DNA of 64,000 nt from the NCBI RefSeq assembly GCF_037042905.1, contig NC_087251.1, positions 46,998,001 through 47,062,000 of the forward strand, written 5' to 3'. The position numbers and the translations under genes are program-made. The first letter of the stretch is position 1, and each line of letters begins with the position of its first letter. The notes below the pieces were generated by a model. It searched no databases, was not told the DNA's origin, and saw nothing but the letters and a program-made list of their open reading frames with translations. Below are positions 14,501 through 28,500 of the stretch, one piece after another. The DNA is from Lytechinus pictus (lineage: Eukaryota).

Positions 14501-17500
14501 ATTGTTTGTATACAATTAAAACTTAAGTCATTTGAAACTGAGAAAATAAAAAGAAAAAATTAAGAGGTTTAATAAAATATTTGATAATTTTGATTTTGTG
14601 ATATTACATATACTGTTGCGCAACACAATGTGCACTGCGAATTTATGTGAAATTCTACAAATTCCTGTTACCTTATCATGGCTCATAGCAAATGGATCCG
14701 TCTTTTTAATGAAGGCTTCAATATTTCTCATTACTTTAAGGTGTTGACTTTGAATAAATAGTATCTGAAGCTATAAAAAGTTGGAAGTGTCAGGTATTTC
14801 CTCCTTAACAAGAAAGAGCTAAAAGTTGTTTTCTACAAATCTTTTTTGGGTCAAAGAACGCTTACTTTCTAAAGATGTCTACAATAAAAACAAGAGATGG
14901 TATCATATTGACTTTCCCTTTTTCATGAATTTAAATGAAAAAAAAAGATGTGATAAGAGATATATAATAAAAGGGGCAATAGATTGACCATTTATCAATT
15001 CATTGCTACACTTGAAAATAAAATATTGATATCTTGTTTTAAGCAATGACCTTCATTAATTATGATGGGGAAAAAAATAAAATGGTGAAGAAGAACTACA
15101 AAATTTTGTTTTTCTCAAGATGACTACAGATGCAAAACAAGTGAAGACAATCACATAGACTTCCAATTTTTTAACAAATTAAAATGAAAATATGATTAAG
15201 AGGTATATAAAGAGGCATAACGGTTAAAAAATAATTTCTTTACTGTTAAACCCAAGAATAAAAATGTACCTCTAGTCTTAATAAATAAGTTCCTTTATGT
15301 TTGTTGGATCAATTAAATGTCGCTATATCAAACTAGTTCAATTGGCCTAAAATGAACTTGATTTACATCCATGAAATCAAGTCGAATCACATAAAAAGGG
15401 GTCAAAGACATGTATTACAAAAGATGTTGAGCAAATTGGACTGATTTAGAACACAAAATGCAAGGGAATGACCAGTTAATCCTCAAGAAGACGTAGGGTA
15501 CCCTAAAATAGTGTCACCAAGATCTTTCTAGTTTCATGGAGGTCACACACTTGGCAAAGAAATCTTTTGCTTCATGGGACAAGACTGGTCAATGTATCCT
15601 AGCCAGGATATGCATCTGTCTTTCAACTCAAGAGGGGGTTTTATGTCATCGGGGAAACTTTCATTAAATAAATTACACTCTGGTTCTCTTTGTCTCTCCC
15701 TCTCTCTCATTTTCTGAATTCACAAATCAAGATCTCTTTGCACTCTATCATCCACTCTCGACTCTTCTCCAAACGGACATCCAACTGTTGGAATGCTTCA
15801 TCAGAAATCACTGCGTAGATAATGAATGTTAATGGCCGATCCCTGATCACCCTGGCTCATGACCTAGATAGGAAACTCCTGTTAACTCGCTTGAGAGTTT
15901 CACCGAGAGGGTTCGCACCAGCTAAGGCCTGTTTGTTACCAAGGGATTTGGCTCAACCGCACCGTTATGCACATCAAGCCACGCATCCACGGACGAGACC
16001 GGCAGTGACCTCGGGTGGGCTTAAGCTTGATCCACGTCCAACGGCAATCTCAAGATTTGCTTAAATAAATTAACAGAGGTGTTCCTCCCCGACAGTTTTA
16101 GCTGTGAAGAAAATTGGATGTGCTGTCCTTTACTTGGAAGTTGTGTTTTCCGACAGCGAGGGGGTACACCCAGGCCACATGGCCGCACTTTTCAAGGCGA
16201 GGGAAGGCAATACTGTGGTTTCTTTATTGGGAGCCAATGCTGTCCAACTAATTAACAACCGAGAGGTTTGTGGCTCTTCCTCTCGTCAAGAAGGAAGATG
16301 TTTCCTCTGTTTCTAAACATCTTCCAAGTCAATGCACTGCGGCATGTCCAAGATGATTTACAGAATGGGGTCACCAACCCTTGAAACACAGCCAGAGCAG
16401 CGCTTCATTAAAAGATTTGTCACTGATTTTCACCAACTTATTTGCTCTCAAACAATAACATTAAAGGATTTCCAGTAGCTTATAACAATATTCAGTGAAA
16501 ATCATCATTTGGTTCATGAAATGTTTCCCATTACAATGAGATATAAAGATGTTTAAATGAATGCGCTTTCCTTTAAACAGATTTAATGCTTTTCATATTT
16601 GACAGATGTTTAGATATTGTCTTTAAATACAAAAGAAGTGTTACTGAATGACTGAATACTTCTATCTTATGGCAACAACAATGTATATATTTTTTTAAAG
16701 ATCACTTAATAAAAAAAAAATGCAAACAAAATAGTACTGCATGGTTTGTTTTTTGTTTAAAGGACAAGTCAACCCCAACAAAAAGTTGATTTGAATAAAA
16801 AGAGAAAAATCCAACAAACATAACACTGAAAATTTCATCAAAATCGGATGTAAAATAAGAAAGTTATGATATTTTAAAGTTTCGCTTAATTTCACAAAAC
16901 AGTTATATGCACATCCTGGTCAGTATGCAAATGAGGAGACTGATGACATCATCCACTCACTATTTCTTTTATATTTTATCATGTGAAATATGATATATTC
17001 TAATTTTCTGCTCATTGCCAAGTGAAACAACGATTAATTCCTCCCTGAACATGTGGAATTAACATTGTTTAATACTATATGGATCAGTCAAGTTGGTCCT
17101 TATTGTCGAATCTGTAAAAAAATGAAATATTGTATAATGAAAAAAAAAGAAAAAAAAAGAAATAGTGAGTGATGGACATCATCGACTGAGTCACCTACTT
17201 ATGCATATCACTGTTTTGTGAAAAATAAGCAAAACTTTAAAATGTCATAACTTTCTTATTTTACATCCGATTTTGATGAAATTTTCAGCGTTATGCTAGT
17301 TTGATTTTTCTCTACTTATTAAAATCAACATTTTTCTGGGGTGGACTTGACCTTTAATGAAAATAGGACATTACTGGCTCTCTCATTTGCATATCACTTT
17401 TGACTTTGTCACATTTTCATTGACTTTCAATAAAATGTTCACAGCTTTACCATCTGGAGTACTTTCAATATTCAAGTAAACTCATAATTTGGATGGTCTT

Positions 17501-19161
17501 GGCCACTTCATGCAGTAAGTGTGAAGACATTCAAAATCTGAACATACAAGTTATGAATACTTTACTTAAAAAAATGACTGAAAAAAGAGAGGAGAAAATG
17601 TGGTGGAAACGGCAGATCACTACCAGAGCCAAAAATTTACCTTTAAAAATCCCTTCACATTCTTTTTATTTTGGATCGCTAGGATACTGTGACCATGACT
17701 TTTACTTTGCAGCCAGTGAGCCTGTAAACACGTCTGGCATTGATCAATGGCAAGCTACGTGTTGAATCATCGCATACAACATTCTGTTTCTTGCAAAAGA
17801 GTCCATCAAAACATATTAACACTGACGTGTGGAAGCAAGGGGTCGGAATTGACTCCCCGTTTTCTACTTTTCTGCTATTTCTACTCCAATGTTTGTCTCA
17901 CTTTGTCCCCATTTTCTTACAGTACCCCTCCCCCCGGCCTCTCTGTTATATGGCCCTTTATTCCTGTTGTTATTAAAATTCTTTTTCTACATATTCATCT
18001 TATTAAACTTCCCTCTTATGCCCTAGTCACAAACTGACTGATAGTATTACATTGTAAATAACATATTTAGATTTGGTCAGTTTGGAGTCAGTTTCGTTGG
18101 TATGACCGTCATGACAGCAGTAAAGCTACATGTTGGTGTTACAGTCTCACCCCATGAAACTGACTCCAAACCGACTGTGATGGTATGTCATTGGAAAAAC
18201 ATATTAGATTTGGTCAGTTTGGAGTCAGTTTCGCCAGTGCGACTATGGCATTAGTCTCCATTTACCATGTTTGAAATCAATCCTCCCTCCCCCACTTGCT
18301 CTGCCATATCTTGTTTACCCTCCGTAACAATTCCTCTCTTCTTAAATTTATCTTCCCATCCTTACACCTGCTTCTAATTAATATTCATGTAGCATTTTAA
18401 ACTTATTTCTAGAAAGCAAAACCCTTCTCATGTTCTTTGCCATTTCCCATTCTCCATCTCTCTCTTGTATGCGTCTGTTTTTTCTTTTTATCTACATCCC
18501 TCCCTCTTGTTAACATCCATTTTAGTCTATCCTTTACCACTTATTAATATTTCAGAAGTATAATTATTTCTTTTTAATAATGCATGTATCATTTTTGCCA
18601 ATCATACATTACATGTTATTTCTATATCCCCACTCTCTTTCTCTCTCTTCCTCTCCTTTTCTATTACATCCCCCCTCTCTATATTTCCCTCCACTTTTTC
18701 AAATTCATCTTCCACCTTGTCTGAAACTGGGTTTATGGTTGCCAGGCAACAGTCATGCATTTGAGGCATATTTTCTCAGATCATCTGGTGAAAATTGGAG
18801 TAATCAGCAGCCATGATTTGCATTTTTGTGACACCCATGATTGAGAATTGAGAGAATGAGAATTGAGAATTGATTTTATTCTGTCCATTTAGGAAAATAT
18901 TCTTGTTGGCATTTACATATACACAGAAATATACAAAATCAAAGCGTAAAGATAAATTCTACAGAATATATATACAATCACACATATTTGAAGAAAAATA
19001 CATAATACAAAATAATTTCAATCAAATCGGTAACATTTTACTCTTAATCATCGTTATTATTAATATAATTATCATTATTATTATTATCAATCTTATTATT
19101 ATCATTATGATTATTATTATTAATTGTATTATTATTATTATTGTTATTGTCATTGTTATTA

Positions 19162-19198
<37 letters not shown>

Positions 19199-19505
19199 TA
19201 TTATTATTATTAATATTGTTTCTATTATTACAATTATCAATAATCAATCATTACTATTATCATTATCATTATTACAGGATATACAGAAAAAAAACATACA
19301 AAGAAATACAACAAACTACATACAGTCATACAAATAAGGGGAAAATACATAATATAAAATAATTTCACTCAAAATCGGTACAACTTTGCTCTTAATTATT
19401 GTTATTGTTATTTATTTTCAATATCATTATTATCATTGTCATTATCGTTATTATTAATATTATTATTACTATTATCATTAATATAATTTTCCTATCATTA
19501 TTAAT

Positions 19506-19536
<31 letters not shown>

Positions 19537-22500
19537 CATTATCATCATTATCATTCATCATTATTATCATAATCATCATTATAAATAGACAATTGCTCAT
19601 TCAATGCTTTCATTTCAGTCGATAGTATCAGGGTAATATTAGTAAATTGTATACATGTGTAAGAATATAGTAGGTGACTGACGAAGTGGCAAGATTACAG
19701 GCTTGATTGAAGTTGTTCGTTGTATTTTCGAATGGAGAGCGGCACAAAAGAATGAAGGAAACGCGATGTTCGAGCCCTCATTGATCTATACCGCCTTCCA
19801 GATCGCATTTGAATATAACATGAGTGGAGGGGGTGGTCCTTATTTTGTATGATCTGTGAGGCCTATGATCTATGATCATGAATTAGTAAAATATTCAAGA
19901 GAGCCGAATGGATTCCAAATTAAATTGCTGGATGTTATTAAAGCAGATTTATCATGATAATCAAGTGCAGTAACGAAATGAGAGTTATACTGAAAAAAAA
20001 AATGTTCATGACTTGCACATTTTCATGAGCGAAAACCATTGGTTTTAATCGCAAAATTTGCCCATTTTCGTGAAGCTTCTGCAATTAACTGTATACTTTT
20101 GAAAAGAACTTAGCATTGAGAATGTATAATAAGAGAATGTTGTTCAAAATGAACAAGTTCACTCATTTGATAAAAAGAAGGAAAAATATACACTTAAAAT
20201 TCAAAGTACTTTCTCCCAAGATATCAATCATACATAAAATCAAGGGCATGCTGGATGGATCATGGCAGACCTGCCAACCTCTGGGAATGAAAAACTGTAT
20301 TCTGTGATTAAAAAAACTGTATTTTTCCCAAAAAAAGTGTATTTCATAATAAAATGCTTGGTGCACTCGCTCATCGCGGCGCTCAAGCTGCATGCAAGCT
20401 AAAATGCGCACTGCTCTTGCAGATAAAAAAAAAACATTAAAACATGTGTATATCTTCACCCTGGTTTGAACAAAATGATTGAAAAAAAAAAACAAGTTAC
20501 CTGAAATTACATTGATCTAATAACCATATTTGTGCACGTTTTATGAAATAGAGACATATAGAGAGTATTTTTCTCAATAAATTACGATTTAGTTAAAAAA
20601 AAAACAACAACATATTTTTCAAAGAAAAAACGTACTGCCGTATTTTGGTTGCAAAAACGTACTAAATACGGCTAAAACGTACTGGTTGGCAGGTCTGTCA
20701 TGGCCATTTCAATATTATGCAATACAATATTGATCTAGAATAGACAGCTACAAGCAGTTTGTGGTAATAACTGGTCCAATTCCTTCGGGGCCAGTCAAAT
20801 ATACTGCTGTACAAATGCATGACCCAAAAAACCATGTTTAATGGGGTGTTTTTTCAGTTTTGAACGAGGGCCGCGCATGCACTCGTTAAGGGTATAAAAA
20901 CACCGATTTAAAAAAAAAAGGTGGTTTTGAAAGACTGGTCAGTGGTCAATCGCGGGGTCAAACTTTTTTTTAGGGTATGTTTTTTTCCAAAACTTTTTTT
21001 TTAAAGACTAGCCAAAAGTGTTTAGGTTATGTTTTTTACCCATGAATATAGTTTTGTCTATTTAAGCTTATTGTAAGCAAGCATAACTTGTTTAGGGGTC
21101 ATATTCTGGCAACAACTTAAGGGGCCAAAATGTGCAAATGAAGCCCGCGAAAAACTTGTTTAGGGGGTTATTTTGCACAAGGAGAAAAACTCATTTAGGG
21201 GGTTTTGGTTTGGTTTGGTTTATTCATGATAAAAATATATAAATATAAACAAAATATACATTGTAAGATCAAAGAAGCAAATCATAACATAAATAATGAA
21301 TATAATACAACATAAAACATATACATATCGTAGGGATGACTTTTTCAGATGGGCTAAAAATAATATAGCCCATCTGTGTTCTTCCCCGAGGTCCCTGGAA
21401 ATAAATATCTTAAATTAACATTACAATTTCAATGACAACTTCAAATTAATATAAAGAGATATAAAAGTTAAGGTGCATGAACTTGCAGTGCAAGCTCAGA
21501 TACCCCCCCCCACCCACCCATGAAATCATCATTACACAGTTCTGATATTTTCTAGGATTTCTCTTTTATAGGTTGAAAAGTTGTTTAATTTTTGTATGTA
21601 AAGAGGTAGATTGTTGTATCATTTACCACAACGATATATGAATGTACGCTTACAATTTTCAGTCTTTGGTTTAGGCATTATAACTCGATTTCCTTTTCTT
21701 GTGGGGTACCTCAATGTCTTAAAATTCATTTTTTCTTTTAAATAGGCAGGAGACATATTTATATAATAAACAATAAGTATGGAAAGTTTGACGTTGTTGA
21801 AGAATATTCAATGTTTGAAAATAATTTGGTCTTGCATGTGTAGAGCAATATATTTGACTGGCCCCCAGGGGTCCAATTACACCCATGTTCCTTCCCAGAC
21901 GTATCTTAATTATCGACCATTTGTCAAAAAATTGTGTAAGTTAGATTAGGTGGTTTCAAACCGCCTCGATCACAAGAATCCCCGTTAAATTACGAGAACA
22001 TTTTTAGGCTAAAAAATACCCATTACTTATTCCTGCATTCACACCGCCACGAAACATACCTTTCGGGATAAATTCCTGAAGTTAGGAGCATGCGCAGTAT
22101 GGTCTAATAAGCAGGCAAGGCGCGAGATTCAAAACCACTAGCCCCGCAGCCACTCACTGCGCCCGCGCCCAACGACACGCTGGGCTAAATGTTCCCGTAA
22201 ATTGCTTTCATATTGCCAAAATACCTGCGACCTTGGAAAAATCCCCGCGAAAGTTCTCGTAATTTTGACAGGTACCTACTATTTAGCGGGTATTTTCTTT
22301 CGGGGAAATTACGCGTAGTTTGCTTTCACAATACCAAAATACCTGGTATTTACTGATCGGGGTAAATTTCCCGATCAGAGAATACCTGGAACTGACGAAC
22401 TTCGAGGCGGTCTAAAACCACCTAATGTCTCCTGGGTCTTCATCTGGGGAGTGTTTCATAAAAAGTTTTGCAAGTGATTTTTCACTGACTAATTTGCTCT

Positions 22501-25500
22501 AAGCCAATCGGATGCAAGGATTTGCAGTGGCTTATACAACAATAGTCAGTGAAAATCACTGAGTGTTTGTTTCATGAAATGCTCCCCTACTTTATCAATT
22601 ATCTTGGGTGCATACAATACTGTATGTGCTGCACATTGATGGCATATTCCGGATATGTGTTGTTATATTTTCCTTCTTTTAATTAGAGTTCTTAGAACAC
22701 ATCTTTTAATCTAATTTGGGATTAATTGACATAATAATTCTGCGGCCATTTGAAAGGATATCCTCTGAAGCTCTGCAAGTGCAATTTTTTAATTAAAAAC
22801 ACAATACCAAGATATCATAGTGAATGAAATCTGAACTAAAAAAAGTAATAATAAAAATAATTAATTAAATTCTTATAAAAAAATATGACAAAAATAACAA
22901 ATTACTGCAGTGCATCAGTCAATTATGGTCAAGCCAATAAAAGAATAGCTGAATATCTTATATATTGTACATAAATTCTATCAATTTTGTCTTCAAAGAG
23001 AGTTTACGTCAGGAGATAACTATTTTATATTGAATGACATGCATCATGTAGAGGATCCATTCTTATGCACATTTATCACTATGATGTCAGCATGAATAAA
23101 GACCCAAAGTCCAGATTGTTGTTTCAAGGCCCTGGTGGATGTTTCATAAAGCTGTTCGTAAGTTAAGAGCGACTTTAAGAACGACTGGTGATCCTTTCTT
23201 GTGGTAAATGGTATATTCGTTGGTGATGGTTTAGCGCGTAAGAAAGGATCACCAGTCGTTCTTAAAGTCGCTCTTAACTTACGTACAGCTTTATGAAACG
23301 GCCCCCTGGTGCCTTTGGAATAACCCCCCCCCTCCACTTCCTCCTCTCCCCTACACCCATCCCCTACCCGGCTGTGGCATTGTTGCTCAATCTACTTGGT
23401 GAATTACGGAAGCAACCACTAAGAATGAACCTTTCATGGGCTGCGTTTATGCGACCTCAAGCCAGAATCATGATTCAAAACACAAATATGAATCACAATG
23501 ACAAAGAATCAGCGTTCAGACGACCTTCATTTTAAAGCTGTTTTTCCTCGGATTCGGACCGATCCAGTGCGCATCACAGTGCGCAGTTTGACAGAGGAAG
23601 TTAGGTTAACTTTTTTCGCACGTGTTTTGGCTCTCGAAAAATCAATCCTGTGCCTTCCGAATTCAGTCTATTATACCACAATTTGTTTACTTATCATTCT
23701 TCTTGTCGGTTTATCGAAAATTGTGTGCGGATGTAAATTTTAGCGTAGATCCAATTTCATATTGACACTTGTTAACTCAACAACAATTGATATCATTGTC
23801 TGTTCAGTTAGTTCATTTACTAGTTCACTTGAAGTTGAAGACATGACCAAAAAAAAGATGAAAAGAAGTGGACGATGCGATGCCCAACACAGAATGCATG
23901 CATATCATATTATGTATAAATACACTGAGCACAGCGCGTCTTGAGCTTGGCAAGTTAGAGTCAAACCTAAAGTAGCCCGACACAATGACGTCATAGAATC
24001 ATGATTGTAATCACGATATCGTTTATTCGAACATTTTCGTACGTGATTATGCAGAAACGTCTTTCCAAACGCCCCTTTTTTCGTGTTTCATGTTTGTGAT
24101 TCTAATCATGATTATATTCAATTTCGACTTAACGCAATCGTGATTCTGCAGAATCATGATTTGAATCATGATTCTAGGGTAAAAAAGTGGCGGATAAACG
24201 CACCCATGGTTTACCTACAGCAATCAAGAAAGACCTAACGCCCAGACTGTTGTGCCAAGGCCCTGGTGCCTTATGGCACTCACCTACATTGGTGGTACTG
24301 TAATGTGCCGCTTGGATGACCCCCTTTTTCAGACCTAATTTTCAGTTCTCTAGATACTGAAAATGACAAAAGTTCCTTTCAGAAGCCGCCCCGCTCACGA
24401 AACATCTCAGTTCCCAAGCCGAGCCAAAATTGTCCGGCACGAGCACTGCATGCGAGAGCTGCATGCACGGTATGGCTTCACAACTCCCTTCACGAGCAGC
24501 TCCATGCATAGGTCCAATCTGGACTACTCCATGCACCGCGCGCTAGCACCCACTATACATGCACATTGCCAGCATGCACCGTACCGTGATCCTGTTTCGT
24601 AGACCGTTTTTCACACTGCCCAGTATCTATTTAGTTCCCAAGACCCCATATTTTACCCTTTTGGTCTGTTCCTTAGACCCCCATTTCAGGGTTTTGTGTG
24701 GCACACCCCAATCAAAATATAATTTGATTGCCCCCCCCCCCCCTCTTCTACATCCATCTCCTACCCTGTTGTGGCATTGTTGCTCAATCTACCTGGTGAA
24801 TTTCAGAAGCAACCATTATTTAAAAAAAAAAAATATGGTTTGGCTAACACCCCTGCTGTAGCATTACCAATACTTTACAAATTTACAATCTTCATCATTT
24901 CAACAACTTTTCCAGAGCTATGCAAAGATATATTCTAAAGATGCCCCTCTTTATTCATAATGATAGAGCATAAATTTTGATAAATGACCCCTTCCTTTTT
25001 CATCAACTATTTTAGATGTTTGCAATCTTTTACTGACCTTGCACATTGGAAGAATCGATACACATTGATATAAAAATTGAAAATTTCAATATCATGATCA
25101 TCTAGTGTGTACCCAAATGGTCTATCTACATTGTAAATTTACGAAGTCAAGTATTACAACACTCAACCATTCTGCATTTATCAACCAATCTGAAAAGAAT
25201 ATTAAAATCAACTGCTTTTTTGTGCCCAGTGCAGAAATCCACACTATGTCTCCCTTCATAACGAGAACTAGGCTACCAGAAGAAGATGATAATTTCAAAA
25301 GCGAAACAGGTAAGATGACGTTCAAAACCTCATTTATAGTAATATACTAATCTTTAATCAGAGGATCAGTGCTTTACCGGCAAGTAAATCTTCATAAAGA
25401 TCACATTTTCTATTAAAGATAAAGCACAAAGGAGGGTTATGAGCCAATCTTCTTGAAGTAGGTCACTGCAAACAAACTTTCTGTCTTAGAGCATGAATGT

Positions 25501-28500
25501 CACTGCAAAGAAGCTTCCACCCTTGTGCACCCCTAACATAACAAGGTGCGTAATACTACCTTAGGGACCGCGCACTGGAGGTGTCCGAGGTGAGACACTC
25601 GTGAACAATTTGATGACATCATCAAGAACTTTAACAGAAATTGATGATTTCTGGCACATCGAATCTCTGAAGTCATTGCTCACAAGCTTTTCCCTTTTCA
25701 AGGTAGTCACAGGCCCTTACCACACTCAATGCTGATGGAAATTCCTATGGGTTGTGCACTAAGTGCCCTTGACAGAATGCCTAGCCCCATCTACCCACAA
25801 TAATGTCAGTAATAATGACTTCAAAATGTGTCACAGCAAAGCACCATACCGCATACCCCTCTTTGAAGATGTTAAGAAGTACCTTCCCAAATACTCTTGA
25901 CAAGCATCACGATGTAGTGGTTCTGACTCTCGCCTGTCAATCGGAGGGTTGGGGGTTTGAACCCTAATTCGGGCAGTAATAAAGCAAGACATTCTTCCAC
26001 AATGGCTGCATTAGACCAAGGAGAGGTGAATTTAATCCTTAAGTGCTTATATGGCAGCTACATGTAAGCAACAGCTGGAATATGTTAAGCGCAGTACCCT
26101 CCCTACATAAATGGACCTATTTTTCCATGTAAATCATGATCTATTACTATAAAAAAATTGTAGAATGAAATAGAGCTATCACCAATTGCAATGGATAGTG
26201 CTTTACAAGCATTTAGAAGCCCTTATCATTCGAAATACTAAGGCAGCTAGGTGCTGAAATGATCATCCAAACAAAAAAAATTATGCAAGATTGCATAACC
26301 CCATATAGCAGAGCTGCCAAACTGAGGTACACTATTTTATAAGCTGAAAACCAGTATTTTGGTGATGAAAACACTACATGTATTTTCAAAGAAATACCAT
26401 AGGACAATACATTAAAGGTAAATTCCAGTTTTGGGAACGATCTCAAAATTACTTTTTACAGAATTTAATATAATGATCACCAAAGCGTCTGTTTGTATGA
26501 ATAAAAAATATGTGCCAAAGGATTCTGGAAGAAATTGTGTAATTGCTGAGAAATAAGCAAAATAAGCGCGGATTCGGTCACTTCCGTCGGGTCTTTATTC
26601 CAGCAATAATAATACACTGTCCCACGTGTGCTTATCTGTGTTGGCGATCTTCAGTGTGATCGTTTTTTAGCTAGATATTATGATTTTACAAAGTTCAGTT
26701 TATGTAACTGTACCAGATCTAGATCCACGATGATATATTAATACTTTGCCTTGGTTTTACAGACTTTCTCACGAAATCAGTGTTTTACTGCAACTACGTT
26801 CATTTAGCTTTAAACTGAAACTTCAGAAATCAGTATTTGGCATGAAACCATCTGTATTTATCTCGTTTTTCAGTAATAATTACTGAAAATCAGTACTATA
26901 CGTGGTAGCTCTGTAAACACAAGCAGATATTCTACCACGATGTCACCTATTAAAGCACCTGTTTGTCTGACTTTTTGTGGGATTAAACCAAATGCAATCA
27001 CACAAGAAGGGCAGTGGGGGTGGATAGGAAGTGGAATTAAAACACTTGCACATTGCTATATCGGGCCTCCGTGTTGGTGCTCACATTCACTGGAATGAAA
27101 ATAGATGGGGGAGAATATCAAAAGAGGGCATGATTTGCCTGACAAAGTAGAGGAAAAGTTTGAAAGTTCAACTAAGCTATGAAAGTTCACCCTCATTTTA
27201 TTAGATTAGTAAGCTTTGTAAAGCTCACTATCAGAATATGCATGATATGGAAGTTGTAATAATATTCAACTAAATATGTGAGGATGACTGAGTAATCGAC
27301 TAACAATTACAAAATTGCATGCATAATTACATATTAAGTTATTAAGTATAAGTACATATTAAGGTATGCATAATTACATAAAGGTATACATAAAATTTAC
27401 AAGGGTATGCAAAATTACATCAATATAAGTTTTTAAGTGACCTTTCAATTATTCAAAGAATCAAATCAGCGAAAGGGATAATCATAAAACCTTTATCAGA
27501 AAGTGTAGGTTCATTTACACACCTGACTATGTGTTTTCCCCCCTTTTTTTTTTTTGGGGGGGGCCTACTATTGAGCTCACAAGCCCCAAAAGCTACATTG
27601 TATTAAAGTTAACATCAGACCCAATGGAAATTTCAGGGACACTTTTTCAAGTTTTCAAGGGCTCTTTAAAGGCATTTCGGGGGCGAAGTCGCCCAAAGCC
27701 CCCATGTAATTTTGTCACTGATACACAGCCTATGAGGGCTATACCTTTAGTTTTTTGTTTCAGATACATAAAAAAACCTCATAGTTTTGATTGTGAGTGA
27801 GTGGAGATCCCCACCCTGCTATGTTTTCTCCTTCATGTTTTGGAGGGATGCTGATTCATACGCTGCTAACGGAAGAACAGTGATGCACCGGGGGGAATCC
27901 ACAGAGGCATTCTGCTTTTATGGATGGATATCCTCTTCCTATCACTCCCCGTTCCCTTCTCTCCCTCTCCCCTGCCATCTATCATCTCTCTATAGGATTG
28001 CCTTGTTCTTCCTCTCTCTCCCTCTTTTATTTTTCATGTGTCATCCCTTGCTCTCCCCCTCTCTCCTCTTACTTCTTTCTATCTCATTTTCAGATATTGA
28101 CAAAATTGTTACCAATCGTTCATATCATATCTGGCATATATTTTCTTTGTCTAATATCAAGTCACTTCGGAAAATCCCCCGTTTTTATAGGCATGTGTAC
28201 CTCTCACTTCCCTACTCTCATTTTTTTCAAACCTAAAAAATTTCCTTCCATATTATGTGGCATACATGTGCTTTTTCTGTTTTTCTTTCACCCTCTCTCT
28301 TCCTCTATATTTACTTCTCTAGTTTTTTTTACTTCTCAGTTTTGTCTTTATCTTGTTCCATCTTTCATATCATATGTGGCACATATTTACTTTGTTCTTA
28401 TATCACTTCTGAAGAAAGAGAAGCATCCTCTCCCCTTTTTTTTTCTTTCTCTCATCTTCATTTTCATTTGTCTGTCTCTGTCTCTTCCCATCGATACAGC

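Noticed and set aside
18870..19362. Poly-Ile/Asn/Leu ORFs
   Set aside because: Translations of an (ATT)n microsatellite
22753..22761. Second perfect U12 donor motif ATATCCTTT on the minus strand
   Set aside because: No credible exon upstream and no matching U12 branch site or acceptor before exon 10; exon 9 to exon 10 is a normal GT-AG join
25231..25309. Plus-strand exon-like segment ending CAG|gtaaga (nested antisense gene)
   Set aside because: No partner exons or recognisable protein; an isolated splice-like motif is expected by chance in 64 kb
25905..25985. tRNA gene
   Set aside because: A/B-box remnants without a closable cloverleaf; continues into a SINE-like body
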